This document shows positions 49,917 to 61,550 of a DNA stretch of 64,000 nt, one piece after another (the first letter of the stretch is position 1; every line of letters starts with the position of its first letter). Source of the stretch: Toensbergia leucococca (lineage: Eukaryota). The stretch is from positions 62,001 to 126,000 of the forward strand of contig JALDZS010000035.1 of assembly GCA_022813965.1 (NCBI GenBank), written 5' to 3'. The position numbers and the translations under genes are program-made. The notes under the pieces are model-generated. The model was not told the origin of the DNA. It did not search any database and saw only the letters and a list, made by a program, of their open reading frames with translations.

Positions 49917-52900
49917 ATGTCTATCCCTCACATTCCTCCTCGTCCTACCCGTACACACCAGCAGCAACATATCGGTGCCACTGGCGTAGAAGCCCCGATG
50001 ATCCCTCCAAGGCCTGAACATTCTTCTCAAGATCGATCGCAGTCTCCAAACCGAGACACTCTCGCCAAGTCTACCCATGCCAGCATGAGCCGCGGGATAT
50101 ATGGCAGTAATAGCCCGGATATTTCCAGCTCAAGTCTTCATCTGCCAAATCGGCCTCCAAGCGTGTCTTTGCCCTCAATTGGACAAGAAGGGAACGAGTA
50201 CGCAGATATTGATTACGATAGCCCGCAAGTTCCAAGTGTTGACCCCACCGACCAAAGTCTTCCCACCCAGACAAGGATAGTCGGGAGTGATCTGCCATTG
50301 CATGCCCCCAAGCCCTCGTTCTCGAAATCCACCGCCAAAGCGAGGGTTGCAAATGTCACCCGAACAGACTCATCCCAAGCAGCCGCAATTGGTATTGGAA
50401 AGGCTATAACTCCTGGGCCAAATGACGACCAGGATTCCCAGCACCGAATCTTGCACCCTCAAACAAGCTTCACCAAGAATAGACCTGATTCCTCAGCCTC
50501 CACTGAGCGTCCTAGCTCTACTCAGCCAAGTGACGGCGGGCATGGTATACCAGAAATCGGCCAGCGCGTGCCCATGTACCCGGATGCTGGAGACGTCCAA
50601 GCGCCTTCTCCCTCTCCGTTCTCGCAAAATTTCTCTTCCAGTACAGGCGTGAACAATGACGGGACACAAAAAGTCGGCAGACAACGTACACGCAGTGGTA
50701 GAGAATCTTTTCATGGACCGCCTGGCAGCTATGGGATGCACGGCCATGGTGTTCCGAATCATGATCGATTCCAGAAGGCGTGGTATGACAAGCATCCTGA
50801 CGCACTAGAGCGCGAAGAGCATGGGCAATATGGTCCCGGTATTTCGGGTGGCAGAGGCGAATGGGCAATGAGTAGTGATGATCTAAATAAACTTGTCAGT
50901 GAGACTGCAAGGAGGGCGTCCGGTTTTGGTACATTGAGAGTATAAGCGATTACTCTACACGTGATGCTTACATGGAGTACACAGGAACATCCCCAAATGT
51001 CGTTGGCTTACCCAACGAACAGATTGGTTATCTAGCGTCGGAGGAATATGCGTCACGCATGAACTCTCCACGCCCACAATCCGGAATCTACCACAATAAG
51101 TCACATTCTAATCATTCGCAAACGCACGTTGCGTCGCCGTTACGCAAGGCGAGCTTCCCTATCGATATCGACGCTCAACCTGATTTCAATAAGTCCAAGG
51201 ATACTCATTCAACGTCTCGTTATTCGTCCGATAATGCTCTCGAAAGTGAGACAGAAGATGACGACGTCATCCATGTCAACGCCCCTGCCAGTCAGACGAG
51301 CAAATATGCAGGAAATGGCTACGACCCGCCAACCGAAGATCTTGGTCCACATGGCGGAAATACCGAGAACGAAGGAGGCTGGATCGAGGAGCGTGGTTAT
51401 GGAGTCCCAATCCTCGCCTCTGACGAGGTAGCGAAGACCCCAGGGATGGAATTCATGCAACCTGCTGTACCGCCTGTCCAGGAAAGCAAGGGCGGCATCT
51501 ACTACGCCGGTGTAGATTCCGATGCACCGCCGTCATACCAAAGTGGCTATCGCAACAGCAGCAGCCGTACAAGCAGCATATCCGGTAGCAGACCTTCGAG
51601 TAGGCCGGGCAGTATACATGGTTCGCTTCCTGGCCTTGCTCGGTACATCTCGCTTGATGAGCGAGAAGATGCACACACTCCCTTAGAAGACGTCGATGAG
51701 TATGAACCACTCTTCTCCGAGGAACCCGACAAACAAGAACGAGCTCTCTCTGGTACAGATCGATTTAACAAGCGGCCTTCGGAGATGAAGAGAAGGTTTC
51801 CTAGTCAAGATATCTGGGAAGATACGCCGAATAGCCTTCAGCTTCAAGCAACTGTGACAACGCCAGAGCCTTCGCAGGAAGTGACCTTATTGCCGAAACA
51901 ATCATCAGCGTTCTTTGAATCTCCGGAAACAGAAGCGACACGTAAGGGCGAAGTCGGTGAAGATGAAAAGGCCAAATTGATACCCAAGGAAGAACGTTGG
52001 GCAAAGTCAAACTTCAAGCCTCATGTTCGCGAGGACGTGCGAAGACCTACTTTGAAACAGAGGTTCCCCAGCAGAGACATTTGGGAAGATTCGCCAGACA
52101 GTGCGCGTTTAGAGACCACAGTAGGGGGTCCGCAAGGCGATGACCCACGAAGCTCACCAGATGAAGGACTACTGGCAGGTGCAGTGGTTCAAACCTCTGG
52201 ACGCCCAGACGCGGAGAAGGTTAGGGGAGAGCATGCCCATGATGGACAAACCGATGGGGCTTCGGCGTTGGGAAAGCCTGGCATTCCACCACGACCTATG
52301 AAAAGCAAGCTGTCTAGAGAATCCCACGGGCCGAGCCCAGAGCCACCCTCAATTCCAGCGCGTCCATTTCAAAAACTTCGCCAAGCTCCACTCGCAGATG
52401 TACCATCATCGCAACTGAAGACCCCAGGCGAGATCCAGCCGTCAGAAGCAAAGTCAGTCTCACCAACCGAAGCTCGAAGAGCCCCTGGACTCCCAGATAG
52501 GCCCAAGCCACAGGTTCCCGCTCGCCCTGCAAAGCCTGTCCCCTGTGACTCCATCGATACTATCCCCCTCTCCAAGACCACGTCCATGAATTCCACCGGC
52601 AGCGCAGGCACAGGGGATGAAAGTGCTTCGACCAAAAGTGTTTCTTTTACTCCGCCAGCCCCAAAACCCAAACCAGCTCTCCCAGCTCGATCTGTGGGCG
52701 GCAAGATCGCTTCCCTAAAAGCGGGGTTCATGTCCGATCTCGACAAACGTCTCCAGCTAGGGCCTCAAGCAACACCTAAGCCTCAAGAGAAAGCTGTAGA
52801 CCTAGACCAAAAGGACGACGAGAAAGCGCCCCTAGTTGACGCACGTAAAGGTCGTGCGCGCGGACCTGCGAGGCGAAAACCTGCTTCTGCAAGTCCGGTT

Positions 52901-53476
52901 GTAGCAGAAAATCAAAGCAAAGCCGAAAAGTCGAAGTGGGAGATTCGAGAACCGCGGTCAGTATGGTACACTGAGGATGACGGCTCCCTGTATGTCCTGA
53001 GTACAACTCCCGCCGCATTACAAGAACCAGAACCGCCGTCAAAAGCGCTAGAAGCTCCTGCTCCGACCCTAGGTACAAACATGGCTGGAGAGCCGGTCTG
53101 TGCTCCCGTCGATATTCCTCGCGAAGCAGAACAAGCACCGCTTGTTGACGACGAAGCTGTTTTTGCACATGAGACGGGAGACTCGAAAGAAGATATTGTT
53201 AGCTCAGACAAGAGCAGTGTTGTTCCTAAATCTGCAATCGCGTCGTCCAGCGAGGAGGATAAGGAAGAACTCACACCGTCGACCAGTGACGGCGGGGAGG
53301 CTGTACCTGAGAGCGTCAAGCCGGATCCTTCGGCCGTGGTGGGGGACTCGGTGGCTGGGCTTGAAATGGAAGACAACGAAGGTGCTAAGGTGGTGGGTAG
53401 GAAGGGGTTTGGAGAACAGGAGCCCATGGCTGGGAAGGAGGCTGGTGGGATGATACGGGGGGAGATGGTGGAGTGA
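49917..53476 (+). CDS. AIM21: Aim21-like actin/capping-protein regulator; exons 49917-50928, 50985-53476
   Basis: PxxPPRP motifs, twin RFPSxDIWED repeats, GGKIASLKAGFMSDLDKRL and APLVDARKGRARGPARRKP. Confidence 0.82.
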
Positions 53477-53889
53477 GCTTGGATGGGTGAGGAAGGCCTT
53501 GGGCGGATCTAGGGAAGGCATGGAGGGGAAGAGGTGGAGGGGGAGGGGCGTGGGGGTAGACTGGAGACAGAGGAGAGAATGTTCGCAAAGAATGTTCGCA
53601 AAATTACTAGGTGCAGATGAGCATATGATGGCTTGGATTTTGTTGTTTCTCCCAATTCTGTCTTAATAATGATGAGGGGGGGGAAGGAGGTTGTGTGAAA
53701 AAGTTCGAGACGAACCTATCCAAGGGTGGTCTTTGTTTCAATTATGCCTTTTCGACTCATCCCTTCTTACTCTCACGCTTTAATACCTCTCTGCCGCATG
53801 CAGATATGTAATCAAGACACCATCTACCCCCTCCTCCAATAATTCTCCCACTCGAGTATCCCCCAAGCAGTCTATCAAACCCCCTCAAC

Positions 53890-55941
53890 TCAAGTCATGA
53901 AATACTTGGGTCCCTCCCCTCCTTGCGGCGTCTGCCAATTGATGTCCTGGGCGGGGGCTTTGATATCGCAGGTTTTGCAGTGGATGCAGCTATTCAGGAT
54001 TTTAGAAACTGCCGAGGGCCGGGGAGAAGGGGATAGAAGTGAGAGAACGGGGGGAGAGGGGGGGAAAGAGCACTCACTTTTGGGCATTAATCTGAAAGCG
54101 CACTCCGATATCCTTGGACGCATCCTCCACATACTCATACACGCCAGCCGGGCAGAAACGATTCTCAACGCCCTGATACTTGGGCCACTGATCACGCGCA
54201 TGGCTCTCCCAGTCCTTGACCTGCAAATGCACCGGTTGGTCCTCCTCGTGGTTCGTGCCCGTCCGGCTCACGCTCGTTAGGATGTCAAATGAGATCTCGC
54301 CATCCGGTTTAGGGTATTCGATTTTGGGGCAGCTGGAGGCGAGTTTGGTGGCAGAGGCGTCGGTGCCCGTGTGTTTGAGGGTCCAGGGCGTTTTCCCGCG
54401 GAGGAGGTAGGCTTCGAGGCCCGAGTAGAGGATACCGCCGTAGAGACCGAGGGGAGAGTGAAAAGAGGGGCGCATGTTGCGAACGGAATGCAATTCGGAC
54501 CAGATGGTGCTGGTGCGGAGGGCGTCTTCGTAGTCGTAGAGGAAGATGCTGCTATTCTTGTTCTGGGAGGTCGCGGGGTTGGCGCTGAGGGCGGAGAAGG
54601 TGGCTTGGGCGGCGAGCATGCCGCTGCGCATGGCGGTGTGGGTGCCTTTGATTTTTGGCACGTTGAGGAAGCCGGCGGTGTCGCCGATGAGGGCCCCTCC
54701 TGGGAAGGAGCATTTGGGGATGGATTGGAAGCCGCCTTCGTTGAGGGCTCGTGCGCCGTAGGAGATGCATTTGCCGCCTTTAAGGACGGATTTGTAGAGG
54801 GGGTGATGTTTAAGCTTTTGGAACTCGCCGTACGGGGAGAGCCACGGGTTTGGATAGTCGAGGCCGACAACGAGGCCGAGCGAGACAAGGTTGGACCCGA
54901 AGTGGTAGAGCCAGCCGCCGCCATAGGTAGAGGCTGGAAGCGGGTAGCCCATTGTGTGAACTACTTCACCTTTGCGGAAGTTTTCAGGCGGCACCTCCCA
55001 GACTTCTTTGAGGCCGAGGCCATAGGTTTGCGGTTGCGAGTCTCGCCGCAGGTCAAATTTCTTGATGACTTGCTTTGTGAGACTACCGTGGCAGCCTTCG
55101 GCGAAGAGAGTAACGCGGGCGTGAAATTCCATTCCTCGCTCGAAGGAGGGTTTGGGCTTGCCATTGCGGCCAAGGCCGAGATCGTTGGTTGCCACTCCTT
55201 GTACTGAGCCGTCTGATTTGTAGAGGACTTCACTGGCCGCGAATCCAGGGTAGATTTCTACGCCTACTTCCTCTGCGCGTTCGCCGAGCCACTTGCAGAA
55301 TTGGTTGAGGCTGATGATGTAGTTTCCGTGGTTGTTCATTTGGGGAGGGGTGGGAATGGGGATGGCTCTGTTCTTGGTTAAGAAACGCATTTTGTCGTTG
55401 GTTGCGGCGGTGGCATACTCGAAACGGGAGGGGTTGTCGGCTGAGTTCCAATCGGGGAGAAGCTCGTTGATTGCTGAGGGTTCTATAACGTTGCCGCTGA
55501 GGATGTGAGCGCCAATCTCTCCGGCCTTCTCCAGGATCAGCACACGGAAGTCTTCATTGCCTGCTTCGTTGGCGAGCTGCTTGAGGCGAATTGCTGCGCT
55601 GAGACCAGCGGGCCCTGTGGATGTTTAGCAAGCGTAAGAAAGATTGTAGTGAGGGGGAGGGAAGTACCGCCACCGACAATGCAAACATCAACCTCATCGC
55701 TTTCACGATCTTGCTGGCGTGGATCGAAGGAATCGTCGACGTCCGCGAGAGTTCGGAATGGCGTACATGAGAATGTCCTTCTGGCAGTAGCTAGGGCATT
55801 AAAGCCAGACTGCTGGAAAAGGTAACGCCGGCGAGCTGGGGAAAAGTGTGAATGCGCTCTCCATGCTCTTGGGACAGAAGAAGAGGCTGATGATGTGAAA
55901 GGCCTCCTGATTATAGGAAAAGCCAATGTCTTGGAGGCCAT
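53890..55941 (-). CDS. CIR2: Electron transfer flavoprotein-ubiquinone oxidoreductase; exons 55941-55668, 55614-54078, 53989-53890
   Basis: [32 protein letters not shown] and the 4Fe-4S motif [11 protein letters not shown]. Confidence 0.97.
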
Positions 55942-56335
55942 GATTGAGAAAAATACACATTGAAATCATGAGAATGGCGGGGTGCCTGAACATGGGAAAC
56001 AAATGCATGATGCAACATGGACCTCGGCCGAACCAGTGACAGTTGCTCGGATTACGGATCAAGCCCTAACCTCTTGTTTCTCGCCTAGAATATGTCGGGC
56101 AGATAATCAGCGCCTTAAGTGCAACCCATCGACCCTGTACATGCTACAGACAAATAACATTCATTGATCCTTCCCGTGCTTCTACTTACAGGACTAAACA
56201 TGCCTCCACCAAGGACATATATATAGGTAGCTATCAAGAACATGGCAGAATTCATGACTTTTCCTCCGCCTTTTCCAGCCAGCCCATAGAACGCTACTCC
56301 GTACCTGAAGATCCAAATCCCCCAATTGGAAGATC

Positions 56336-57193
56336 ATGTCACTCATCTGCCCCACCCGCGAACTCGACACCATCTACCTCCGCAATCTGCACCTCTCCTC
56401 TATCATTGGCCCCGATGCCTGGCACCGCCCCAGTAAACTCCAACCCATCATCGTCTCCCTCCAACTCCAAATCCACACCGAAGCCGCCGGCGCGGCAGAC
56501 GACATCCACCAGACCACCAGCTACGGCAAAATCTGCAAAGACATAACCACCGACCTGAACGGCAAGGTATTCGACAGCCTCGAACATCTAGCCTCCGACC
56601 TGCCGAAGCTGATCGGACCATGGGCGGGAGAAACATTGTCGTTGCAGATTTCGGCGCCCAAGGGCATGCTGCGAGCCGGAGGAGGGGTGGCCGTTGAAGT
56701 ATCGTGGAGAAAGACCGATCCCACGGATTATTATAGGGAGTGGAATATGCAGAGTTACGAGTGGATGGTCAAGGACATTCAGATAGCTTGTATTATCGGC
56801 GTGAACGCCCACGAGCGGCTTGAGAAACAGACCGTCAAAGTCAACATGCGCATCTCGGAGTCCAATAATATGAACCTCCACGCCAAGGGAGGTACCGAAC
56901 ATTGGCAGAGCCTTGTCAAACGTGTCTGTGAGGTCAGTATTTCCTTTTTCTCAATCACATCCCTTGCCCAGGAGCTGTGTCTCGGGAACCTTGCTCAAAC
57001 TTCCTCCAAGGTCACTGAAACCTCCTCATTCGAGACACTGGAAGCGTTGGCCAGCATGATAGCCCGTACTTCACTGAACGAATTTCCCGTTCAGTGTATT
57101 ACAATATCCGTGGAAAAGCCTAGCGCCATGGCGTTTGTAGACGGTGCCGGTGTGGAGATCACCCGGAACAGGACATCCTTTGCATCAGGGTGA
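56336..57193 (+). CDS. Stand-alone tandem-domain dihydroneopterin aldolase (FolB-like); exons 56336-56932, 57011-57193
   Basis: IIGPDAWHRPSKLQP, SYGKICK, CIIGVNAHERLEKQ, FETLEALA and VEKPSAMAFVDGAGVEITR; 78-nt in-frame intron. Confidence 0.88.
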   Translation: MSLICPTRELDTIYLRNLHLSSIIGPDAWHRPSKLQPIIVSLQLQIHTEAAGAADDIHQTTSYGKICKDITTDLNGKVFDSLEHLASDLPKLIGPWAGETLSLQISAPKGMLRAGGGVAVEVSWRKTDPTDYYREWNMQSYEWMVKDIQIACIIGVNAHERLEKQTVKVNMRISESNNMNLHAKGGTEHWQSLVKRVCEVSISFFSITSLAQELCLGNLAQTSSKVTETSSFETLEALASMIARTSLNEFPVQCITISVEKPSAMAFVDGAGVEITRNRTSFASG

Positions 57194-57655
57194 GAGACTC
57201 GGACCAGTTGCTCATGATACGACATGAAGTTCGTAAAGAAAGATAAGCTACACGTATGTAGATGAACTCACGATCTAAATGAACATGTTTGATTTGTAAC
57301 TACCACACACCAGAGAAGCCACTGCCACCTTCGAACAAAGAAGACCGCAATTTACTTTTAGTACCACAGGTCAAAGATTGACCACGTATTTTTTCTCCCC
57401 CTCCTCACCGCTCACTAACACATCTCCGTTACCACATCCGCAAACCCGACAATACTGGAGCACACAAAGCAAGATTCGAAAAGAAAACCCATGCAAGAAT
57501 TTCCCTTTGTAGTTTCGAGACACTCACAGGCTACCAGACTGTTACCTGAAGATGACTTCACGCCGGTAGATGGGAGGAAGGCGAGGGAATTCTGGTATCA
57601 TAAGCGAGTGAGTCTTACGGCAAAAGCCTCTCCAACAAAAAAGAAGGAGCAACCA

Positions 57656-59434
57656 CTACCATCGCTGACGCTCGTCATATCCCGCATAATTTCTCGGCGG
57701 TGGGGTTCTCGCTCTAGAAGGCCGATCATACCCGTTCGCGGGGTAGGGGTCGTCGTATCGACGTGATGGCGGAGCAACATAAGGATCATCACGATAGCCA
57801 CCACGAGCAGGGGGGTATGGCTCATCGGCAGGTGGACCACGGGGAGCTCCACGGGGTGGAGAACGATATCGATCGCGGGAATAGTAGTCGTCATGTCGTG
57901 GAGGAGGCGAGCGACGACGATAGTCATCACGACGTGGGCTATACCCACGTGGAGGAGGCGGACCACGACGACTATAGTAGTCATCTGTAGGAGGGTATCC
58001 ACCACCACGACGAGGAGGTGGGGAGCGGGATCGATAACGATCACCACGGGGTACCTCATCTTGTGTCTTGGTACCATGTGAGTGGTATGGATAGGGAAAC
58101 AGTTGGGGAAATACATACATCGGCAAAGCAGCGGACATTGGAGCCTTTGAAGTCTTGGTTGTCCAATTTCTCAACAGCAACTTTGAGATCGGCGGCCGTG
58201 TCAAATTCAACAAAACTGCCAATGTCAGTCTAGGTACAAATCAGATCGAGCTCATAATTGTACCCTTTGCCATCGCGATCGCGGCCAACCTCAGAATAGA
58301 CGACATCGAGGGTAGAACGGCGTGCAAAATCTTTCAGATCCTATGGGCCCCAGTAAGTCCGAGTCCAGTTCCAACAGGCAACCAAGGGATAGGTGCAGGC
58401 CCAGCCAAGGAAAGCGAACACCAGAATTTGCACTGCACTTCTGCTGACCAGAACCTAGGGAACCTGGAGTCTAGACTTGAAAAGTCGATACCATGTCCCT
58501 GTAGATAAGCGCATGGAAACCCTTACAGTAGGGAAGGCAAAATATACATGAGACATGGCTTGAACAGGGGTATGTGTTCCAGAATCACAGATGCGAGCAA
58601 CCACCAGCGTAGTAGAGGACAACCCGCAAAGGCAAGTAGCAACAGCCAAAGACACAAGGAGGTAGAGAGCATTTGGTATATCAGGTGATCATTGAGGGTA
58701 GATCCAGACAAAAGCAGTCCGGAGGTCCAAGAACCATGAATGAAGGTAGTGAAGAATGTAGCTAACCTGCCAGCTGGTCTCTCCTGGGAGCCCCGTAATC
58801 TGCATTCGATAAGCGGTACGCCTAGGACGCGGATGAGTATTACGGTCGGGAGCCGCAAAGGTATCACGTTGACGAGAGCCGCGCGCAAATTGAACAGTCA
58901 GACGGTTTCCATTCAGATCAGACCCATCTGATGTATAGATTGATTAGAGGAAAACCCGTTAATCTTTTCTGCGCTGCGAAATAGAACTTACGGAATGCTA
59001 TTGTAAAGAATTAGCAAAGTTTTCAACGACACAGAGGCAATCGAAACACGTACCTGGAACGATATCCCGGGCATCCATAGGATCGTCATATTCGACAAAG
59101 CCAAAGCCATTCATGAGTTTGACCTCAGTGATAGTCCCCGTAGCATTGGTCTTGAAGTGATTCTGGATGTCTTCCTTGGTGACTGCAACGCGGAGTTGAT
59201 TGTCAGCAGCAATCCAGTACATGGATGACTATGGTATGGCAGGATATGGATCCCTAAGGGCCAGTCTCCTGGCTCCTAATCATGCGAAAAGATGCAGCGC
59301 CTAGGACTTTGTCGATACTTCCCAACTCAAGTAAAGCATCCTGGAACAGTAGGAAATCTTAGGATTCAGAATTGCATACCATCGCGCGGAAGATTTCCTA
59401 GGTAAAGCCGAGTAGAAGAGACCTCGGCAGCCAT
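57656..59434 (-). CDS. SR-family splicing factor with two RRMs (SRSF4/5/6-like); exons 59434-59380, 59182-59054, 58997-58992, 58927-58767, 58340-58264, 58215-58119, 58066-57656
   Basis: RLYLGNL, GFGFVEY, the pseudo-RRM signature SWQDLKDF and an RS/RP-rich tail; all junctions keep the frame. Confidence 0.9.
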
Positions 59435-60077
59435 ATTGTCAGCTAGTCCTTGGTGAAGTCAATAGCGAAGGCTAAGAGTAGTCGCAGACCACAAAGGTGG
59501 TGGGATGGAGGTGTTTCCAGGCTTGAAGCGACAAATAGTCTTTAGCGATAGTCGTAGATCTGGGGGAGATGGGAAATGGCTGCCAATCTTTGCAGGTGGG
59601 ATGGTGTACGAAGAAGGTTGAAGAGCGAGGCTCCTGATAAAGTCTGCCATGTTAGCGTTACCACTAAGTACGGCCGGGCGTAGCGTCCAGTGCGAAGCAC
59701 TTTCCTTGAACGGTATCTGTATCTACCTCACAGACTAAACCGATGTTAGGTACGGTACGTGGGTACTTCCACTCCTCTAGCAATGAGTGCCTTCCACAAT
59801 GCTAGACTTGGATGAGTCTCGACACATCGACAAGCCAACGCCGCCGCTAGGAAAGCATGAAATCTGATACTTCCTGGAAGCCGCAATCTTATACCACCTT
59901 TCTATTGATTTCAGCATAGTCAGGTTGAGCAGAGTTACTCTATGTCTTCTCGATCAACTTTTACATGCCTAGCATCACGACGAGGCAGCTATCAGAGCTA
60001 CCTCTGCATACACAGGTTGAGTGAGTGAAATGAGATTCTATCAATACAAAGTTTCGAGAGAAGCGAACAATACAAGA

Positions 60078-61550
60078 TCAGAAGCCCCCGAGGAGGTCAT
60101 CTAATTCATCAAGTTCAACGTTTTCCGGCTCTTTGATGTCCCAATTCGAGCCAAAAACGTTCTCTCCGAGAATGGAGACTGTCTCCCTCATCTCTACATC
60201 CTCAGTGTCCTCCTTTTTGACTCCAGCTAAACTATTTGCGTGAAGTGCTTTCACCATTGGGCTACTAAGCACACTTGAGCCCACAGGCGTGTGTTCATGG
60301 TGACTTCCAAAAAGTGCAGCCGCGACCTCGCGGTTTCTTTTGGCCTTTTCTTCTTCTGTTTCTTCCATTTGCATATCGACCGAGTCTTGTACTGCGTGAC
60401 TTCCGATTTCTGTTGACTGCCTTATGTTTGTATCGTCCAGGCTCATCCCTCGCATCCGCATATTACTGGCTGTTTGAGTGAATTCTTTCTCATCACCCTC
60501 GAGCGGCGGACTTGCAGCGCGATGATTGTGTACTAAGCCTAGACCCTCTGATGCTGCACCACTCGTGCCGTCTCTTGCGAGACTCGACCGTCCAGAAAAG
60601 GAAGATCCCGCAGGCGTCAATGGCGTGGCGAAGTCGTCCTCAGCGCCTGGCGCAGTTGCGTCCAGCTCAGGTATCGAGAGATCGACCTCGGGACTTGGAC
60701 TCATCACCTCACGCTTATGATCTTCGGAACCTTCGATATCATCATCGAGGCTAGCTCCACTAAGGCTTGGGGAGATGATACGTCTACCTCCTTTCCCACC
60801 GGATCCTATATTGTTGTTTGAGGACGAAGAGAGTATATCAGATGAATCTGCAGGGAAGTCTTGGCGAGAGAGCGTTGTCAAGAAATAATATACCTTGCGC
60901 GGATGAATAGGTATGAGTTCCTTGCCGATTGGACATGGTGACAAAGCCGTCCAACATGGACGACGAAGATAGGTCGATAAACGAGATGAGAGAAGGGCAG
61001 CCGGATTTGCGGACCTGTTGCAAGCAGACTCATCAGCACAGTCTCAAAGGATTATTGGCTTTCAATATCATCATTAAGGACAAGCTCACCCTAAAACGGC
61101 ATCGCTGGTTGTTGATAGCACAGCCGACAGTTCTTTGAGTAGATGGGGTCTGTTGCCTGTCTTTTCGAGCTGCTCGATTACTCCGGTCACGATATCATCT
61201 TTGATTCCCTCTGTGTCGATTTTATGCTCGTTTAAGGCGCGTGGCGAGGGTGGAGGTGTGTGCTCAAATGCGGCTCTACCGCTACTCTTTGGACGCTCGT
61301 TTGGACGCTCGGCAAAAGAAACCGTTTTCGAGGTTGATGACGAGGTTGTTGATGATCGAGGTCGCAAAGGGGATGTAGGTGACGGCGAGTTTGAGGTATG
61401 CGACCTTTTGATCTTCTTCGTTGGTGGCTGTTGTGTTTCTGTAGAGACGGACAGTTTCGATACGGAAGGGCGGTGAGCTCGTGAGGCGTTTGGTAACTGA
61501 ATACCGAGTGAAGGAAGTGAAAGTGATTTTCGGCGAGTATTGTACGGCAT
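60078..61550 (-). CDS. GDS1-like putative winged-helix nuclear protein; exons 61550-61090, 61014-60078
   Basis: MPYNTRRKSLSLPSLGI, VIEQLEKTGNRPHLLKEL, SANPAALLSSRL, HPRKVYYFLTT and PENVELDELDDLLGGF. Confidence 0.8.

Noticed and set aside
53577..53602. 13-bp tandem duplication gaatgttcgcaaa
   Set aside because: Simple slippage duplication in a 3' intergenic region, with no spacer array and so not CRISPR-like.
56336..57193. Dihydroneopterin aldolase not fused to HPPK-DHPS as in yeast FOL1
   Set aside because: A separate aldolase gene is, to my knowledge, common in filamentous ascomycetes.
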